Shown here in pieces: positions 9,992 to 19,536 of a stretch of 60,238 bases of DNA. Below the pieces are notes generated by a model that made no database searches, was not told the origin of the DNA, and worked only from the letters and a program-made list of their open reading frames with translations. The stretch's first letter is position 1. Each line of letters opens with the position of its first letter. This stretch comes from a bacterium (GTDB taxonomy: Bacteria; Margulisbacteria; Marinamargulisbacteria; GCA-2716485; JAYNIM01), in contig JAYNIM010000010.1 in NCBI GenBank assembly GCA_038109055.1, positions 1-60,238 on the forward strand. Reading direction: 5' to 3'. A program made the position numbers and the translations under genes.

Positions 9992-10516
9992 CTATTTTGC
10001 AACATCTTCATCAGACTTTGCAACTTTAGCCTCTGATTTCTTAGGCTCAGATGCTTCTGATTTCTTAGTTTCAACCATATCTGATGTGTTAACTTCAGAG
10101 GTCTCTGTCTTTGGAGCTTCGGCTGCTTCATCTTTAGCAGCAGCTGCATCCGCCTCTTTTTTAGCCTCAGCATCAGCTGCTTTTTTTGCTTTCTCATCAG
10201 CTTTCTTCTTAAGAAGAATAAGGTTCTTTTTATGTTCAATACGTCGTTTATAAGCAGCAAGTTGCTTTTCTGGTAACACAGCTTTCTTATCCAAAAACAA
10301 ACGCAAAACAGGGTCTGTTGCAATTGCGCCATTCGAAAACCAATGTAACAAACGATCTTGCTTGTAATTCAATAGGGCCGGTTCTTGATTAGGATCATAC
10401 TGACCCAAAATCTCTAATACAACACCACTTCTTGGCTTACGACTATCTGCTGCTACCAAACGATATATCGCGCTACCTTTCTTTCCTCTTCTCTGTAAAC
10501 GTACTTTAACTGACAC
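9992..10516 (-). CDS. rpsP: 30S ribosomal protein S16 with a long charged C-terminal extension
   Basis: SVKVRLQR, YRLVAADSR, LGQYDP; AGGAGG SD at 10527-10532. Confidence 0.95.
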   Translation of the reverse strand: MSVKVRLQRRGKKGSAIYRLVAADSRKPRSGVVLEILGQYDPNQEPALLNYKQDRLLHWFSNGAIATDPVLRLFLDKKAVLPEKQLAAYKRRIEHKKNLILLKKKADEKAKKAADAEAKKEADAAAAKDEAAEAPKTETSEVNTSDMVETKKSEASEPKKSEAKVAKSDEDVAK

Positions 10517-10560
10517 TTTTAAGGATCCTCCTGACTAAAGCTAACTAAATTTAGGACTCA

Positions 10561-10590
10561 AGTATAACGAAACAAAAAATAAACTGTCAA
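10561..10590 (-). promoter_or_regulatory. Sigma70-type promoter of the rpsP operon
   Basis: TTGACA (10590-10585), 18-nt spacer, TATACT (10566-10561). Confidence 0.75.
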
Positions 10591-10659
10591 TATACCATCA
10601 AAGCAAAGATCACCCTAACCTTTATTACAAACAAGCAAACTGCTACAGTAACAAAGACC

Positions 10660-11946
10660 ATGAACAAGCCCCCTGAACCTAGCGCTACACTCATCGACCT
10701 CATCAAACGTAAAGGGACAGGCAAAACCATGTCCAAACACCTACAAAAAGAGGACATAAAAACTATCCTCACCCTCGTTCAAGACTCCTCAGAAAACATC
10801 AATAGTCTATGCACACTACTAACCGCCTGCCTTATGCTGCCCAGTACAACAGACGAAGAGCAATTATTAACACAACTCAAACAAACAAAACTCCCGCCCA
10901 TATTACAGCAACTCCTCACCCAACAATTCATACATCCCCTAGGAAAGATCATAAAGAAACTCCTCAATCACCAAGCTCTCAGTAAAAACGAACTATTACA
11001 GGGTCTTCAAAACCTAACCCTTCATCAAGAAAACGATCCCATCAATGCCATATTTTTAGAAAGCTTACGACTCAAAGAAGAAAGCCCTCTAGAAAACAAT
11101 GAAACCCTCAATTATTTTTACAACCACACTCAACACAAGCACTGCAACTGTCCCATTCTTATCAATTTTTGCAACCCTTACGACGGATTTAATCGTTTTT
11201 ATCCCGTCCAACTTTTCTCTAGCTTACTATTAGCCGCATCAGGCATTCCCTGTCTTTTGCATGGCGTCTATGAAAGTGGCCCCAAAAACGGGTTAACCGT
11301 AGAAAAATTACTACAGTATGCAAAAAAAGATACCCAGCTCAAACCAGAAACCGTCAAAAAAAATCTCGAAAATAACAATCTACAATGGGGGTATCTCTCT
11401 CAACAACAATTCTGTCCCACTTTATATAAACTACAAACACTACGTACTGCCATCGTCAAACGTCCTCTTCTCGCGACCATTGAAAAATTTCTATGCCCCA
11501 TACTAGCAAAACGAAACATCCTCATTACTGGCTATACCCATCCCCCCTATCGCCAAAAAAGCATCCAATTATTACAATCTCTTCCCTGTAAAGCAGATTT
11601 CTTAATCCTTCGAGGTCAAGAAGGTAGTAGCCAAGCCCCTCTAGACAGACAATGCCCTATCATAGGGTCAATTAACAATACGCTGAGCGAAAGTTTCTGT
11701 CGACCAGAAAATTACCAACTACACTCACAAAGCAAAATACCCCCTCAAAAACTCGACCCGGACGACCTATTAAAAGAAGGCCTCAAAACACTACAAAATC
11801 AGCCCTCCATACTGTCAAAAAATATTCAGTATCAATGTCTCATTATCCTTCATAAACAACTAGGCTATACGCTCAAAGAAAGTAAGCAACTACTTGCCAA
11901 AACATTAGAAACAAAAAAAGCTTGGCATCTGTGGGAAACCCTCTAA
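10660..11946 (+). CDS. Anthranilate phosphoribosyltransferase-like (YbiB/TrpD2, glycosyl transferase family 3) protein
   Basis: LIKRKGTGKTMSKHL, PYDGFNR, LLHG...GPKNG, KRPLLATIEK, GYTHPPY, RGQEGS. Confidence 0.7.
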   Translation: MNKPPEPSATLIDLIKRKGTGKTMSKHLQKEDIKTILTLVQDSSENINSLCTLLTACLMLPSTTDEEQLLTQLKQTKLPPILQQLLTQQFIHPLGKIIKKLLNHQALSKNELLQGLQNLTLHQENDPINAIFLESLRLKEESPLENNETLNYFYNHTQHKHCNCPILINFCNPYDGFNRFYPVQLFSSLLLAASGIPCLLHGVYESGPKNGLTVEKLLQYAKKDTQLKPETVKKNLENNNLQWGYLSQQQFCPTLYKLQTLRTAIVKRPLLATIEKFLCPILAKRNILITGYTHPPYRQKSIQLLQSLPCKADFLILRGQEGSSQAPLDRQCPIIGSINNTLSESFCRPENYQLHSQSKIPPQKLDPDDLLKEGLKTLQNQPSILSKNIQYQCLIILHKQLGYTLKESKQLLAKTLETKKAWHLWETL

Positions 11947-11960
11947 AAAATATCCTTCCG

Positions 11961-11989
11961 TAGACAAAACATCCAAAGCAAGGTACCCT
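11961..11989 (+). promoter_or_regulatory. Putative near-leaderless sigma70 promoter
   Basis: TAGACA, 17 nt, TACCCT, 8 nt, then ATG 11998. Confidence 0.5.
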
Positions 11990-11997
11990 CTGAAAAT

Positions 11998-13203
11998 ATG
12001 ACTAAACCAGAGTTATTAGCCCCAGCGGGTAACCTAGAGAAACTCAAAACAGCCTTTCTTTTTGGCGCTGATGCCGTATATGTAGGGAATCCTGTCTTTG
12101 GGCTCCGTAAATATGCCGAAAACTTCAACGATGATGAACTCAGAGAAGGTATCGCGTTTGCGAACAAACGAAACAAACAGGTATATGTGGTACTCAATGC
12201 CTTTGCACAAGAAAAGGATATCTCAGCAATCACAAACTATTTAAAAACACTCAATCAACTCCGCCCACACGCATTAATCATTTCAGATATTGGCGTGCTA
12301 GAATTAGCTAAGCAACATACAAACATCCCTCTTCATATTTCAACCCAAGCATCAATCGCAAATGCAGAAGCCTGCCAATTTTATCAGGATTTAGGAGCCA
12401 AACGCATCATTCTAGCGCGTGAAGTCTCCTTAAAAGAATGCGAAACTATTCAAGAAACCTTCCAGGGCGAACTCGAACTTTTTGTCCATGGTGCCATGTG
12501 TGCCAGTTACTCTGGTCGCTGTGTCATATCCAATTACACCTCAGGTCGCGACTCCAATCGTGGCGGTTGTATCCAAAGCTGCCGACATAACTATAAGGTC
12601 TCATCACAAACCAACGACATCTCCCCCTACAATACTACACTCATGAATGCCAAAGACCTCTGGGGCATCCGCCAACTCGAGCAACTCATGACCTTAAATA
12701 TCGCCTCCTTAAAAATCGAAGGCCGCATGAAATCCCCCATGTATCTTGCCAATGTCGTCAGCTGTTATCGCAAAGCCATAGATGAAATCAGCCAAAACGG
12801 AACCCTGCAAAACCCCAGCCACTACGAAACACAATTAGCCCACGTCTCTAACCGTCAATTTTCAGACCAAAGCCTTGGCAACACCCTCAACAAAGAGAGT
12901 ATCAATACCCAATTTAATGGCTACCAACACGGCCAAAAGTTCATCGGAACCGTCCAAGAAAAACACCCAAACAACAGCCTCATCATCCAAGTAAAAGAAC
13001 CTTTTTCTTCTCAAGACACTCTGCACTTGCACAGCCATAGTCATGGGCACATAACCATTCAATCCCCCAATATACAAACGTTATCCAACATAACCCTAGA
13101 AAAAGCCAACCCCAATCAACTCATCAAACTAAACTGGCAGCCCAGCTTTTCACACAGCCATATCCACGATATCCTCTACAAAAAAACCCCCAGCACCCAC
13201 TAA
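11998..13203 (+). CDS. Peptidase U32-family Fe-S protein, TrhP/YegQ-like (probable tRNA hydroxylation)
   Basis: PELLAPAG, GADAVY, HISTQ, HGAMCASYSGRC, NRGGCIQSCR, LKIEGRMK. Confidence 0.88.
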   Translation: MTKPELLAPAGNLEKLKTAFLFGADAVYVGNPVFGLRKYAENFNDDELREGIAFANKRNKQVYVVLNAFAQEKDISAITNYLKTLNQLRPHALIISDIGVLELAKQHTNIPLHISTQASIANAEACQFYQDLGAKRIILAREVSLKECETIQETFQGELELFVHGAMCASYSGRCVISNYTSGRDSNRGGCIQSCRHNYKVSSQTNDISPYNTTLMNAKDLWGIRQLEQLMTLNIASLKIEGRMKSPMYLANVVSCYRKAIDEISQNGTLQNPSHYETQLAHVSNRQFSDQSLGNTLNKESINTQFNGYQHGQKFIGTVQEKHPNNSLIIQVKEPFSSQDTLHLHSHSHGHITIQSPNIQTLSNITLEKANPNQLIKLNWQPSFSHSHIHDILYKKTPSTH

Positions 13204-14441
13204 GAAAGGGTTAACAACAGCTGCAGCACTGCCATCAACGCAGCATGCCGTTGAATCTGTTCACGATCTCCCCTAAAACTAAAACGCCGTACCGCATAAT
13301 CATCCAAAGACCCAAACGCAATATACACCGTCCCAATAGGTTTTTGCTCACAGCCTCCCTGCGGGCCAGCAATCCCCGTAATAGCCACTCCTACCTGAGC
13401 CCCAGACCCCCTCAACAACCCTTCCAACATAGCCCGAGCACAGCCTTCACTCACTGCACCCTCCTGTTCTAAAACAGCCTGACTCACCCCTAATAAGCGC
13501 TGTTTTGACAGATTCGAATAGGTCACCAATGATTCCACAAAAACCTTAGACGCCCCAGACTCTGAACAAAGCAACGAGGCCAACAAACCACCCGTACACG
13601 ACTCTGCAGAGGCAAAGGTTTGTGATAGTTGTGTCAATCTATCAATCAATAAACGCCCCAACGATCCATAAGAGCTCGAAAAGCAATGATCAGAAAGCAG
13701 CGCTTCAACCCGTTCACAATACCCTACAAAGAGCTGAGGATCATAGTCGGAGGCTGCCTGTAGACGTATCTGAACCTCCGGAAAGGTCGCACGATAGGAA
13801 ATTTCTATCCCCTTAGGCACGTCCCCCAAACCCGTGATCGACTCAGCCAAACAGGACTCTCCTCGCCCATAACAACGAAACAAACGTGTTTGAAACGCCT
13901 GTTTTCTTAAGGAAAAACGCGCAGCTGCAAAATCCCATAACCTAGACAATACAGGCCCTTTCATCAGAGGCCACATTTCGACTGGAACTCCTTGCAAACA
14001 GGCCACAAAACGCCCCTCATGCTCCAAGCAAAACGCAGGCGCTGAACCCAGGTCATTATGGATATACACCGCAGTCTGCGGTAATTGCGCAAGTTTATGA
14101 TTATTTTCAGACATCACACGTCCTTTCTTATCAAAAAAAGCCCGAACATCTTGCAAAACATCCTCTCGCTCCTCCAAAGATAGCCCCAAAACCTCCGCTA
14201 ATGCCGCAACCGTACAATCATCACTGGTAGGACCCAATCCTCCCGTCATCAACAAAACATCCGAACGCAAAAAACACTGTTTAATGGCAGCACATAACTC
14301 CCTCCAATCATCCGACACCGTTGTAACTTGTTGCAATGTCCACCCTTGCTCATACAACAGTCCACCTATGCGCGTCGCGTTTGTATTGAAAACACGGCCG
14401 TCCAAAAGCTCATGTCCCGTACACAACAGCTCGATACGCAC
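13200..14441 (-). CDS. cinA: Competence/damage-inducible protein CinA (COG1058 domain plus PncC NMN deamidase domain)
   Basis: GHELLDGRVFNTNA, GGLGPTSDD, AESCTGG, GAVSE, TGIAGP. Confidence 0.93.
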   Translation of the reverse strand: MRIELLCTGHELLDGRVFNTNATRIGGLLYEQGWTLQQVTTVSDDWRELCAAIKQCFLRSDVLLMTGGLGPTSDDCTVAALAEVLGLSLEEREDVLQDVRAFFDKKGRVMSENNHKLAQLPQTAVYIHNDLGSAPAFCLEHEGRFVACLQGVPVEMWPLMKGPVLSRLWDFAAARFSLRKQAFQTRLFRCYGRGESCLAESITGLGDVPKGIEISYRATFPEVQIRLQAASDYDPQLFVGYCERVEALLSDHCFSSSYGSLGRLLIDRLTQLSQTFASAESCTGGLLASLLCSESGASKVFVESLVTYSNLSKQRLLGVSQAVLEQEGAVSEGCARAMLEGLLRGSGAQVGVAITGIAGPQGGCEQKPIGTVYIAFGSLDDYAVRRFSFRGDREQIQRHAALMAVLQLLLTLS

Positions 14442-17400
14442 CTAGTCCGTCACCATTCGCGGCACCGCCATAATAATCAATTTTGCCCCATCATAGCCAT
14501 GATCTTGTTTTTTTGCATCTCCACTCATCAAGTTAGGAAAGACATGTTTGAATATAAAGTTATTGATGTTAGTTTTATGAGTGTCATCATCCCAAAATGT
14601 TTCAGCTGAAGATCGTATCTTTTCAACATTCGTCGCATTACCCAAAAGTTTCTGATTCACATTCTGTTCAAGTGTTTCCGACAAGATCCTTGCCCCATCA
14701 GCTTCCGAAAAAAAAGAAGCTGCATACTTTTCGTCTTGATCACTAGGATTTTTCCCCCTCGCTACTCCTGCATTTTGTATATCTTCATACAAATCTTTAG
14801 AATGCTTTTTAATAGGATGCTTCGCATGTGTCCTAATATTTCCATTACCCATATCAACATCATACTTATCGACCTTCTCCTCAGAATAATATATTTCAAA
14901 AGACTCTGAATATTCTACCCTCGGATTACCAGCATCATCATCCAACTCAGTTGCATCCTCATAACCTACCCCAAATTCTGCTTTATGTTCATCAGGTAGC
15001 GTACTAACAGCAAATTGAGTAAGAATATCATGTTCATTAAAACGGCTCACAGAAGCATAATGCGGATAGCCATAAAACCCACCTGTTCCAGTATGGTCGG
15101 AACCTATATCATTTCTTAATTGCGTATTATAAGTTAAGTTTTGAGGATCATACATACCATACAATGTTAATTGATTGCCATGCTTATAATACCCATCTCT
15201 GGCATAACGATTCCATGAAGGAGAAGTAGAAGTAGCTCCATAATAATACTTACGCTTGTATCGTTTAGCGGTGTTTAGATTATCATGTCTACTCTGATAC
15301 TCATTTTCCCACGTCATTACATTAGACTCCCCAATACGCCCCAATTCATCTTCATACACATGTTCAGTCCGCACAAAAGGGCTTGGATTCCCAGCCAATA
15401 ATTGTAAGTTAAACCCAAAATGAGACGATGAATCACCATCTACAAAACAATACACCACCATATCTGACTGACCATGCGGTGGAGAAGAAGGCACACCAGG
15501 CGGTTCCATATCATTAGGATCATCAGAATAGTAGCCCGAAAAACGTCTTAAAGGCTTTTCATTATCATTAGCAATTCTATCCATCCCCCACTTTAAGGAA
15601 AAAGTGTTGCTACCAGAAGACACGCCTTTGAAAGACTGCATAACCACCAAGGTCGTCTCATAAGGATCCTGATTTCTTGCCGTCCCACCAGAATCATAGT
15701 CACCATTAAAGGTAAAAGTTCTCACAGAACTAGGTTCAGGAGAAGGTTGCCCGCTCATCGCTAAACCCAACTTAACACTGGCCTTTCCATAAGGTGCCGC
15801 AAAATATTTTTCATACTCACGCCATACAGCTCGCCTTAGAGAGACATTTGCTGCATCTTGTGTCTCTAGTCTTGATGGCTCATAAGCGGTAAAATGATCA
15901 TTAATAAAAGCCCCAAAGGTATAAGCTGAGTCATCAGATGTAGATGACATAAAATGTTGTACTTTAAAATAATCACTAAATTTAATATTAACATCGTCGT
16001 CTAAATTATCCCAATTAAATGGTTTTTTTTGAGGAGGGTCTCCAGCAGAAGGGTCTACAGCAGAAGGGATTGTTGTTTGATCAAGAGAAAAGGGATGAGG
16101 ATAATCAGCTAAAGCCGTTGTACGCCCCATACCACTGGTTAAAGTTATAGCTTGAGAGTCTGTCCCAGCATTCTCACCTCTGGCATAATACAATGTAAAG
16201 GAAAACGTACCAGTACCAGTACCAGTACCAAATATATTCGGATCCTCAACATTCGCCAAATACTCCTGCGGATGATCCATATTGTCAGAAGCTCGACGCG
16301 ACGCCAAGGTCGCAGACCCAATCACCATCACATCCCAGACCATTCCCGGCGGTAACTCGGGCAACTCCAATGCCATATCATGCAAACTTGTCCAATTACC
16401 CGCTGACGCTTTAATAAATTTCGTACTTGCCAATCGACTTTCCGTCACCACATACCCCAAAGATGAAGTATCAACATTAATATAAGCCGTGGCATCACTC
16501 CCACTCACGACCATATCCCCCATCACTACCAACGAATTTGGTTTTATGCCTGTATTCATTGTCAACCCATCACTAGTCGAAAACAATTGTGACCCTACAG
16601 GATCCTTGTAATTAATCCACATGCGATCCTCATCAATAATCACCCCATCACCTAATGCACGTAAATGGCCCAGCTCTAACTGTTCATTAGAAGAAAGAAG
16701 CATAGATGGGGTTATTCCATCATTAAATGTAAAGGTCAAAAAAGGATCTGAACCCGACCCTACGCCAAAAAAAGGCTGTCCAGGATCATCAATAGTCTGA
16801 GAGACAAAATTACGATTCTCCGTGACTGTGGCTTCTAAATTTACAAGATCCATATTCCAATACGCAAATGACGGAAATTGTTTCAACGAGGCCTTATAGT
16901 CGTCAACACTTTGAGGACCATCAAGTAAAGGGGTCTTTAGCAAAAACAAATCTACAGCATCCATCAAAGGATCCTTCCTAAAATAAAAAACAACATTCGA
17001 ATTATGATCCAAAGCCGCAGCCCCAGATTTCAACCCAACACCATGCGAAAAAACACTACGCGACTTACCCCCAGCTGCCGCAAATTCGGGCAAACCAACC
17101 GAACCTTCCAACACCTCAAGTTCATTAAAAGACACCAAAACCTCTGACGTTGGGACCACATACCCTAAATTTACGCTCGGTATAATTTCACAACGATAAC
17201 GCCCTCCTTCCACTATCAGCCCAGCACCTTGTACAAAATCAAGCTGCATGTCCCCAAGTAAACGCCCAGGAACATTAGCCGAAACTAACATAAAAAACGG
17301 ATATCGTTGATCCGAGGAATAAAAATTCTGATTGGGAATGTTCAAGGTCACAATCTTGGAATCTTGAACAATGGAGTTCACCCTGAAATTAACTCCTAAA

Positions 17401-18272
17401 TTCTCTACATCTCGGCCCACATCTACGCCTTTAATAGCTCCATAAACCTGAACCAACACCGTAAATTGATCATACCCTGCAGGAAATTGATCACTTCCAA
17501 TATACGAATACGGCACTGAATCTTTCGAAATAGAAATATCATTAACTAAATCAATCACATTTCCTTCTATGACATGACTCATAGAGGCATAAACGTAAAC
17601 GTTTTGTAACCTCACGTTTCCAGATACCTGTAACGGAAACTTGGCTGGTGCTTCACCAAGACCTATCCCCGCAAAAACCTGAAAATTATCAGGCTCATTT
17701 CCACGTCGTAAACTATGAAAGGTCACCATAGGTGGATTTGTACCATCTCCTGCAGCAAACATCAAAGCCCCCCCCTGCCTAGGCGCTCGTAGCCCCTGTT
17801 CAAGTACATCTTGCATAAATAAGTAAGAAGAACGAAACCCGCTTCCATTAGGAGGCTTATAACGAGACTTAAACTCAACAGGACCAGTACCCGATTTAGA
17901 AACATAAACAAAACTAGAGCCAGGATTCTTGACTTTCCCCAAAACAAAATAGCTATCCGATGCAGAAGCCAGAGGAATTTCAACGCCAGCAGATGAAAAA
18001 GAAAACGAATCAGAAACTATAGGTGAAAAATCCTCAATATGCCCAACAGAAAAAAAAGTCCCGGTAACATTAACTGTTGCAAAAGCTTGCCCCCCATCTC
18101 CACGTATCGCACGAATAGCCTGATTCCCATCCAACCTTATAGACAATCCATCCGAAAAAACAATAGAATCTTTCTCAATTCTTAAAGGGCTTGCCATGAC
18201 TAAAGCACTACAAAACAATAACAATATACCCCCCCATACACATACACGTATAGTCAAAAAACAACTACTCAT
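14442..18272 (-). CDS. Large secreted beta-rich protein, tail-fibre/adhesin-like
   Basis: 1276 aa; signal peptide ending LVMA; fibre-stalk-like GIGLGEAPAKFPLQVSGNV; head-like NWTSLHDMALEL...SSGSNTFSLKW. Function inferred. Confidence 0.55.
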   Translation of the reverse strand: MSSCFLTIRVCVWGGILLLFCSALVMASPLRIEKDSIVFSDGLSIRLDGNQAIRAIRGDGGQAFATVNVTGTFFSVGHIEDFSPIVSDSFSFSSAGVEIPLASASDSYFVLGKVKNPGSSFVYVSKSGTGPVEFKSRYKPPNGSGFRSSYLFMQDVLEQGLRAPRQGGALMFAAGDGTNPPMVTFHSLRRGNEPDNFQVFAGIGLGEAPAKFPLQVSGNVRLQNVYVYASMSHVIEGNVIDLVNDISISKDSVPYSYIGSDQFPAGYDQFTVLVQVYGAIKGVDVGRDVENLGVNFRVNSIVQDSKIVTLNIPNQNFYSSDQRYPFFMLVSANVPGRLLGDMQLDFVQGAGLIVEGGRYRCEIIPSVNLGYVVPTSEVLVSFNELEVLEGSVGLPEFAAAGGKSRSVFSHGVGLKSGAAALDHNSNVVFYFRKDPLMDAVDLFLLKTPLLDGPQSVDDYKASLKQFPSFAYWNMDLVNLEATVTENRNFVSQTIDDPGQPFFGVGSGSDPFLTFTFNDGITPSMLLSSNEQLELGHLRALGDGVIIDEDRMWINYKDPVGSQLFSTSDGLTMNTGIKPNSLVVMGDMVVSGSDATAYINVDTSSLGYVVTESRLASTKFIKASAGNWTSLHDMALELPELPPGMVWDVMVIGSATLASRRASDNMDHPQEYLANVEDPNIFGTGTGTGTFSFTLYYARGENAGTDSQAITLTSGMGRTTALADYPHPFSLDQTTIPSAVDPSAGDPPQKKPFNWDNLDDDVNIKFSDYFKVQHFMSSTSDDSAYTFGAFINDHFTAYEPSRLETQDAANVSLRRAVWREYEKYFAAPYGKASVKLGLAMSGQPSPEPSSVRTFTFNGDYDSGGTARNQDPYETTLVVMQSFKGVSSGSNTFSLKWGMDRIANDNEKPLRRFSGYYSDDPNDMEPPGVPSSPPHGQSDMVVYCFVDGDSSSHFGFNLQLLAGNPSPFVRTEHVYEDELGRIGESNVMTWENEYQSRHDNLNTAKRYKRKYYYGATSTSPSWNRYARDGYYKHGNQLTLYGMYDPQNLTYNTQLRNDIGSDHTGTGGFYGYPHYASVSRFNEHDILTQFAVSTLPDEHKAEFGVGYEDATELDDDAGNPRVEYSESFEIYYSEEKVDKYDVDMGNGNIRTHAKHPIKKHSKDLYEDIQNAGVARGKNPSDQDEKYAASFFSEADGARILSETLEQNVNQKLLGNATNVEKIRSSAETFWDDDTHKTNINNFIFKHVFPNLMSGDAKKQDHGYDGAKLIIMAVPRMVTD

Positions 18273-19476
18273 ATTTGGATCCTCTATAAATATACAAAAC
18301 AGCTGAAATCTGAGGAATCTTATCTGGAAGAGTAGGAATTACGCCCGTTGTTGTGTTATTCCTAAGACGGACATAAAAACCATATTGGTGTGAAGCGTCA
18401 AGTCCGTTATTGTTGAATACTGAAGGATTTCCAACATACCACAAAGAAAAAGGCCCTGATCTTGGAACAACAAGAGTCGTAGAAGGGAGCTTTGTTTGAG
18501 GAGATCGAACAAAACCATTCCCATCCTCGTAGAACGCTCCAATTTCAATAAAAACAGACTCTGGACTATTCGGTCCCACAGTCTCGTACGCTCCACTCAA
18601 TCCTCCAAAAACATGTAGAACAACTCTTTCTGATTGCAAGAATTGTTGATCAAGGGTACAAAGCTGATAAACATGTCCAGTAAGATTAGATAAACTCGAT
18701 CGTGTCCATGGCAAGCTCTCATTAGCCTGAAATAAGGATAAGGAACTTGAAGATAAATCCAGCGTATACCTCCGAACAGAATATAACTGTTTACCAAGAC
18801 CCGAATTTTGCTTCCCAACGAGATGGCTTACATAAAGGAATGACTTGTTAGGCAGATCGCCCCCCCCTCCAAAATAAAATTTTTCATTCCCCGGTGGAAC
18901 CGTTGTTGAATAAAAATTCAATTGAACCTTTTGAGCGTCTAGAACCGAGAAAACATCCGCAACCTTAATTGCTGGGTCTGAAATGGGATTACTACTAACT
19001 ACCAAAGGCAGCACTTGATACTGACTCCCTTCAGAAAATCCCGCCTGTAAAATAGGCGCTACAAAATACGTCGATCTTTGTTGATTAGTAGCTATAGCTG
19101 GCGTATACCACTTAAGATCATAGGTCTTCCCGTCATCAGTCCTATGTTGAAACAAAATATCGGTAAAATCTTTTCCTGAACTAAGAACAAGAGAAGGATC
19201 ATCCAAAAAAATATTTTGCCCCGACATAATATTCGACGACACATAAACATTAGCCGTAATATACAAAACAGAGCTAGACGCCGCTATAACCGGATGAAAG
19301 TCTGCATGATGAAGGTCATCAACATATTTTAATGCCATTCCATCCTGAGATAAACGAAACACTGAGGTAGAACTACTAAAATCCCTCAACTGAACCCCCT
19401 CCACCAAACCAATAAAAATACCTGAAAAAAGGATCAAAAAACTAGTTAAATAAACATATCGAAACAAAGCATTCAT
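18265..19476 (-). CDS. Secreted protein, apparent paralog of the N-terminal module of 14442..18272
   Basis: Start moved to ATG 19476 (signal peptide MNALFRYVYLTSFLILFSGIFIGLVEG; avoids overlap with hemE); shares motifs with the neighbouring gene. Confidence 0.6.
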   Translation of the reverse strand: MNALFRYVYLTSFLILFSGIFIGLVEGVQLRDFSSSTSVFRLSQDGMALKYVDDLHHADFHPVIAASSSVLYITANVYVSSNIMSGQNIFLDDPSLVLSSGKDFTDILFQHRTDDGKTYDLKWYTPAIATNQQRSTYFVAPILQAGFSEGSQYQVLPLVVSSNPISDPAIKVADVFSVLDAQKVQLNFYSTTVPPGNEKFYFGGGGDLPNKSFLYVSHLVGKQNSGLGKQLYSVRRYTLDLSSSSLSLFQANESLPWTRSSLSNLTGHVYQLCTLDQQFLQSERVVLHVFGGLSGAYETVGPNSPESVFIEIGAFYEDGNGFVRSPQTKLPSTTLVVPRSGPFSLWYVGNPSVFNNNGLDASHQYGFYVRLRNNTTTGVIPTLPDKIPQISAVLYIYRGSKYE

Positions 19477-19483
19477 GAAATAG

Positions 19484-19536
19484 TTGATATTTTGAAACAG
19501 TCGACTTAGAATAAGCGAAAAGAAAAAAAATGTCAA
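19484..19536. promoter_or_regulatory. Overlapping divergent sigma70 promoters
   Basis: + strand TTGATA(19484)-17-TAGAAT(19507); - strand TTGACA(19536)-17-TATTCT(19513). Confidence 0.55.

Noticed and set aside
16207..16230. (gtacca)x4 repeat encoding GTGTGTGT
   Set aside because: Short in-frame linker; cannot switch phase
14442..19476. Prophage interpretation of the fibre-like genes
   Set aside because: They have Sec signal peptides and no capsid, terminase, tail tube or integrase genes are nearby
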